This document shows, piece after piece, positions 26,173-30,011 of a stretch of DNA of 30,011 nucleotides. The notes beneath the pieces were generated by a model. That model was not told the DNA's origin. It did not search any database and was given only the letters and a program-made list of their open reading frames with translations. The stretch's first letter is position 1. Every line of letters starts with the position of its first letter. Origin of the DNA: an uncultured Candidatus Saccharibacteria bacterium (GTDB lineage: Bacteria; Patescibacteriota; Dojkabacteria; SC72); NCBI GenBank assembly GCA_964388655.1, contig CAYMBI010000001.1:1-30011 (forward strand), written 5' to 3'. Made by a program: the position numbers and the translations under genes.

Positions 26173-27003
26173 ATGGATAACAAGATAAAAGATGTTTTAA
26201 TAAACATACTACTCTTCATAGTACTTGTACTTTTACTTCTCGTTCCAGCCTACCTTTGTTACAAGGTATTCCTCGTTGATACAAAAGCTAATAATGAAGC
26301 CTCACAAACAGAAAATATTGGGATACAGCAAGAAAACCTTGTTGAAGAGGATATCGCAAAAGGACCTTTGTATATAGAATTATTCCCTATCATAGATGAT
26401 GAACAAGTATATGTAGTTGTACCTACAAATATAGACAGGAGTAATCCCCCTACATTGATAATATACAGCCATGGTTCCAATGCAAATGTGACTCAGAATA
26501 TGGAGGACCAATTTATGAAAGATCTCCTTGAATATGGAATATTTTTTACCCAATACAACTATATATTTGCTGCATCAAACCAACACGGAGTTAATTGGGG
26601 TAATCAAGCTTCTGTAAGGGACACACTTAATCTAAAACAGTGGGTCATGCAAAACTATGATATCAAACCAGACATATATATGATTGGTTTTAGTATGGGA
26701 GGTTTACCTACAATGAATTTTGCTTCCGAAAATCCTGAAATGGTAAGAAAGATAGCATTACTTGCTCCTACTACTAGGGTTTCAGAATGGAATCAGGTTC
26801 GAGTAGATAAGATTAAAGGAATAGAGATTAAAATATGGCATGGTAATGCAGATGTGAATGTTCCATATTCCAACTCTGTAAACTTTGTCAATGCAATGAG
26901 CAGATTAGGTAAAGAGATAACGCTTGTAACCTTACAAGGTAAAACCCATTGGGATGTTGATACAGAATATATGGAAGATATATTAGATTTCTTCTCTAAT
27001 TAA
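26173..27003 (+). CDS. Membrane-anchored alpha/beta hydrolase (esterase/peptidase-like)
   Basis: N-terminal TM, YSHG oxyanion segment, GFSMGG nucleophile elbow, WHGNAD (Asp) and KTHW (His); likely start ATG 26173. Confidence 0.85.
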   Translation: MDNKIKDVLINILLFIVLVLLLLVPAYLCYKVFLVDTKANNEASQTENIGIQQENLVEEDIAKGPLYIELFPIIDDEQVYVVVPTNIDRSNPPTLIIYSHGSNANVTQNMEDQFMKDLLEYGIFFTQYNYIFAASNQHGVNWGNQASVRDTLNLKQWVMQNYDIKPDIYMIGFSMGGLPTMNFASENPEMVRKIALLAPTTRVSEWNQVRVDKIKGIEIKIWHGNADVNVPYSNSVNFVNAMSRLGKEITLVTLQGKTHWDVDTEYMEDILDFFSN

Positions 27004-27409
27004 GCATACTCAACTCTTTAACTATTCCTTCCATTTCCTCCTTAGAGTATTCCTTCCTATGATCTACCTCAGATACTACAGTTGTTCCGTTGTATACAGG
27101 CTTAATATGGAAATGTATGTGAAATACCGATTGCCCTGCCTTCTCTCCATTGTTCTGCCTAATTACAATTCCTTCAGGTTTGTATACTTCTTTAATATTT
27201 CCTGAAATTCTTTTTAACACTTTCATCAGATTACATAGATCTTCTTCTGAAATGTCATAAATATCTTTAAAATGTTTTTTGGGAAGAACCAATGTATGTC
27301 CTTTACTCAATGGGCGTATATCTAAAAATGCTATTACATTTTCATCCTCATATGTCTTGTAACAGGGTATCTCCCCCCTCACTATTTTACAAAATATACA
27401 ATCTTCCAT
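26996..27409 (-). CDS. HIT-family nucleotide hydrolase
   Basis: DCIFCKI, FLDIRPLSKGHTLVLPKKH and GQSVFHIHFH histidine triad. Confidence 0.93.
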   Translation of the reverse strand: MEDCIFCKIVRGEIPCYKTYEDENVIAFLDIRPLSKGHTLVLPKKHFKDIYDISEEDLCNLMKVLKRISGNIKEVYKPEGIVIRQNNGEKAGQSVFHIHFHIKPVYNGTTVVSEVDHRKEYSKEEMEGIVKELSMLN

Positions 27410-27412
27410 TTT

Positions 27413-28003
27413 TTAAAGATGAAATATTACTACTCTACTCCAAAAGGTAAGAGTCTCTTTGTTGGTTTTCAGATAGTCTAAACTTACAAATCCAATATCT
27501 TCTAAACCCTCTTCTCTAATATGTACGTCTGTACCATCTAAGTCAAAAACATAGAAAAGACCAACATGAACATGGTTAACAGGATTTTCATCCTCAATAT
27601 ATACAAGACCTAAGAAGTCTTTCTTTACTATTTTAGAATTAATATCTGCTTCTTCATGTAGCTCCCTATCCAGTGCTATTTCAAAAATATCTTTGTCTTT
27701 GACTAAATCAAACTCCTCAATATGCCCTCCCAATGGTAGTGGACAGAGAGAGTTCAATCTCTCTTCAGTTCTGCTTACCTGTTTATGTAAAAAGTACTTG
27801 TCTTTGTATCTTAGAATTACCTGGGCAATAATTTGCTTGTATGAAGGATCTTCCTCTAATTCAGCTCTTACTCTGAATTCACTCTCTTCTCTGAGAATTT
27901 TTAGATATTTATCCAAATTCTCTGTCTGAAGACCATTCCACTTCCCAAGTGAAAAAAGCTTATCACTCTTTATACAAAGAATCTTCTCTTGATGCTTGGA
28001 CAT
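27413..28003 (-). CDS. NUDIX-family phosphoesterase (YmaB-like)
   Basis: EEDPSYKQII, a variant Nudix box GGHIEE...RELHEEADI, and NHVHVG; likely start ATG 28003. Confidence 0.75.
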   Translation of the reverse strand: MSKHQEKILCIKSDKLFSLGKWNGLQTENLDKYLKILREESEFRVRAELEEDPSYKQIIAQVILRYKDKYFLHKQVSRTEERLNSLCPLPLGGHIEEFDLVKDKDIFEIALDRELHEEADINSKIVKKDFLGLVYIEDENPVNHVHVGLFYVFDLDGTDVHIREEGLEDIGFVSLDYLKTNKETLTFWSRVVIFHL

Positions 28004-28007
28004 ATTC

Positions 28008-28211
28008 TTAATCCTCAATAACAATGGCTGTAACAGGACACATACCATGGGCTTCAAGAACCTTTTCTTTTAATTCCTCAGGTATCTCTTTTCCTTTCCA
28101 TTCTTCTTTAACATCAACCGTTCCATCCTCTTTCATTTCAAATACTTCAGGACAGATAGCTACACATGAACCACATGCAATGCATTTAGTATGATCTATT
28201 GAAACTTTCAT
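28008..28211 (-). CDS. Single-cluster ferredoxin
   Basis: CIACGSCVAICP and C-terminal CPVTAI; 67 aa, acidic. Confidence 0.92.
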   Translation of the reverse strand: MKVSIDHTKCIACGSCVAICPEVFEMKEDGTVDVKEEWKGKEIPEELKEKVLEAHGMCPVTAIVIED

Positions 28212-28264
28212 ATTCTAGTTTCTCAATTTATATACCCAATTTTTTCAAAAATCAGAGAAGATAT

Positions 28265-28433
28265 CAACTGTCGGGAAATGGAATCCGTTCTTGCTACGGA
28301 TTCCATATCAGTGGAAATTACTTTCACACCGCCCGAGCAGTTGTTTGACTAAAGAAAACGTCTTTTCTTTAGTACTTTGTACTAGCGATCAACTAGTACA
28401 AAGGTTAGGTCGGTTTAACAAAAAACCGACCTA
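28265..28433. repeat. Array of inverted repeats: four perfect 11-bp hairpins plus a three-way junction
   Basis: Stems 28278-88/28296-306, 28348-58/28363-73, 28375-85/28393-403 and 28406-16/28423-33. Closing helix CAACTG-TCGGG/CCCGA-G-CAGTTG (28265-75/28332-43). Confidence 0.85.
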
Positions 28434-28446
28434 GTTGGCCGGTTTT
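28417..28446 (-). terminator. Intrinsic terminator (minus strand)
   Basis: Minus-strand RNA CCGGCC-AACUA-GGUCGG followed by UUUUUUGUU; the stem needs a G-U pair that exists only on the minus strand. Confidence 0.7.
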
Positions 28447-28482
28447 AATTCGTCGTATGACGCAAGGCGTTGTTACTACCTA

Positions 28483-28511
28483 TTTATATCAAATATTACG
28501 TATTTTCTCAA
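28483..28511 (-). promoter_or_regulatory. sigma70-like promoter TTGAGA-N17-(TGa)TATAAA
   Basis: -35 at 28506-28511 overlapping the upstream stop codon, 17-nt spacer, extended -10 at 28483-28491. Confidence 0.45.
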
Positions 28512-28912
28512 CTCAAAAACCTTACGAACCCTCTCTCTCCAACAATTTCAAAATTGAAATCTTCAGCTAAGTCAGAAAGTAAAACACCATTACTTGCTAA
28601 CATCTCACTAGGTCTTACCCCTCCATCTAAAGCCTCCTGTACTTCATCTGTTGGTATACCCAATGTAATACTTAACATATTAACCATCTTAGACCTGTTA
28701 GAATCAAATCTACTGTACTGCCTATCTACATCAAAATTGTAATCATATGCATACTCTTCTTCCGATAGAGGAACCTTAGTAATATATTCTGATGCTACAA
28801 CGAACTTAGGAACTCCTATGTCTTGTTGTAAAGGATTGAAAGCAGTAAAAAGGGAAAATCCAAATACTGAAATGAAGATTGAGAGCATAACTACTCTTTC
28901 TTTGTTTGTCAT
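28508..28912 (-). CDS. Hypothetical membrane-anchored/exported protein
   Basis: N-terminal TM (VVMLSIFISVFGFSLFTAF) and an acidic helical C-terminal segment; likely start ATG 28912 (the track start is TTG). Confidence 0.7.
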   Translation of the reverse strand: MTNKERVVMLSIFISVFGFSLFTAFNPLQQDIGVPKFVVASEYITKVPLSEEEYAYDYNFDVDRQYSRFDSNRSKMVNMLSITLGIPTDEVQEALDGGVRPSEMLASNGVLLSDLAEDFNFEIVGERGFVRFLS

Positions 28913-29225
28913 ATTAAAGATACATGACAATTTATTTATAACTATATGATATATATATTAAATATGTATTACCAGCATTTTTAAGTTATAGATAAGCTAT
29001 ATTGATTAATTGAAATCTATTACAAACCTTTAATAAGGGGAAATCATGAATTAGCACTTAAGGCTATAAGCTGATGAATTCCTCTTTGTGATTACAAATA
29101 ATTAAACACATAAACAATAAAAAGAAATAAGGACTCATAGCGTAATTCATAGCAATAAAATACAAACATTACAAAATACAATTATTGCTATATAATTACT
29201 TAATAACATCGAAATATTAAAACCT

Positions 29226-30011
29226 ATGGATCCAATTTTTGACAATGATAATACTCTAACAGCTGACCAAGAAGCAATTGTTCTACTATCAAGGGGGGAT
29301 ATGACCGAAGATATTAGACAAAAAATAAAGACGAAATCCATTTCAACCTTCTCTACAGATGACCTTATGGAGTTAGGCACACTCGGTTTATTAATTGAAG
29401 AAAATTCTCTTTTATCAACCTCCACTAAAAAGTATAGTTCATACCTTGTCCCAGATGAGTCAACAGATAAAAATTCAGGACTATATAGAATAGTTGTAGA
29501 GGATGGAAAAACTGGAATAGAAGTAATGTGCCCATTAAACCAAACTGTAAGAATTTTTAAATATGAAGACGAGATTTCTTTACAGCAAGTAAAAGAGTTG
29601 TCTTCTGACTCATCATATATTGGAAAGTTGAAATTAGCTATGGCTTTAGAAAGTGTGTGGATTAAAATTGGTTCAGAAGGAAACACAGAAGAAATGAAAG
29701 CACTCTCAGAAACTATGGAAGACCTTTTTGGTACTCCAGTTGTTTCAGGTTCAGATTTCAATAGTCTTATGGACTCACTTGAAAGCTTTACAGCGGGAGA
29801 TGATACACTCCCTGCAATTGAATATTTTATAGCTTTGAAACATTGCGAGAGAGTTAGAGAGCTTCTTGATAGTAGTTCAATTGACTTGAATGATGCTGAA
29901 GCAATTTTAGAATATTTAATTGAGAAATTTGTATTACCTACTGAGGTAGCAGCTGGTGTATTAAGAGGTTTATATAGAGATGAAAAATACACTAGTATCG
30001 TAGAAGAAGCT
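29226..30011 (+). CDS. Acidic hypothetical protein, 3'-truncated by the window edge
   Basis: Manual translation from ATG 29226: MDPIFDNDNTLTADQEAIVLLSRGDMTEDIRQKIKTK...GVLRGLYRDEKYTSIVEEA, 262 codons with no stop. The codon usage looks natural and it explains the antisense ORF 29147-29992. Confidence 0.8.
   Translation, partial: MDPIFDNDNTLTADQEAIVLLSRGDMTEDIRQKIKTKSISTFSTDDLMELGTLGLLIEENSLLSTSTKKYSSYLVPDESTDKNSGLYRIVVEDGKTGIEVMCPLNQTVRIFKYEDEISLQQVKELSSDSSYIGKLKLAMALESVWIKIGSEGNTEEMKALSETMEDLFGTPVVSGSDFNSLMDSLESFTAGDDTLPAIEYFIALKHCERVRELLDSSSIDLNDAEAILEYLIEKFVLPTEVAAGVLRGLYRDEKYTSIVEEA

Noticed and set aside
28325-28335. CACACCGCCCG matching a conserved 16S rRNA motif
   Set aside because: Only 11 nt, with flanks that do not resemble rRNA; treated as coincidence.
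28265-28343. Possible hammerhead ribozyme, purine riboswitch or integron attC site
   Set aside because: The CUGANGA...GAAA core is not in the right order on either strand, purine-riboswitch loop motifs are misplaced, and RYYYAAC/GTTRRRY ends are not properly matched; no integrase is nearby.
28348-28433. CRISPR-like array
   Set aside because: The hairpins share no sequence, there are no spacers and no cas genes.
1104-28742. Remaining short track ORFs (60-190 aa) nested in or antisense to long genes
   Set aside because: They overlap well-supported CDSs and have no motifs; expected by chance in AT-rich coding DNA.
29147-29992. 281-aa minus-strand ORF in the track
   Set aside because: Antisense shadow of the plus-strand ORF starting at 29226; Ser/Ile-rich composition typical of a reverse frame.
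30007-30011. Window ends in AAGCT (partial HindIII / AluI site)
   Set aside because: Too short to distinguish from chance.
1-30011. Alternative genetic code (TGA readthrough as in Gracilibacteria/SR1)
   Set aside because: Conserved genes are full length under code 11, TGA serves as a stop (e.g. 28508-28510, 22201-22203) and Trp is encoded by TGG.

Overview
Low-GC (roughly 30-35% by eye) bacterial window that reads in genetic code 11. It is densely packed, and its gene content and style suggest a CPR/Patescibacteria genome, possibly Dojkabacteria/WS6; this is inference, as no marker gene is present. About 24 kb (2-24001) is a cell-surface glycan locus. It holds rmlBACD (dTDP-L-rhamnose), a Wzm/Wzt ABC exporter, a Wzx-type flippase, about ten glycosyltransferases (GT1, GT2, GT4, GT11, GT-C-like), a methyltransferase-coiled coil-GT2-GT2 fusion, a DPM1-like GT2/DUF2304 pair, a DUF268-type methyltransferase and an embedded orphan 7TM histidine kinase. 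The last 6 kb holds a bactofilin-repeat membrane protein, DsbA, an alpha/beta hydrolase, HIT, NUDIX, ferredoxin and two hypothetical genes. Two genes are missing from the ORF track because they run off the window: the flippase (minus strand, start 1126) and an acidic hypothetical protein (plus strand, start 29226). The most unusual signals are non-coding. One is a GC-rich, tightly folded ~160-nt leader behind a sigma70-like promoter at 5862-6057. The other is a ~250-bp intergenic array at 28265-28511 with four unrelated perfect 11-bp hairpins, a three-way junction and a terminator. The first ~55 bases are ~75% GC and join the AT-rich genome at a GATC site, probably a chimeric artefact. I saw no tRNA, rRNA, CRISPR array or transposase.
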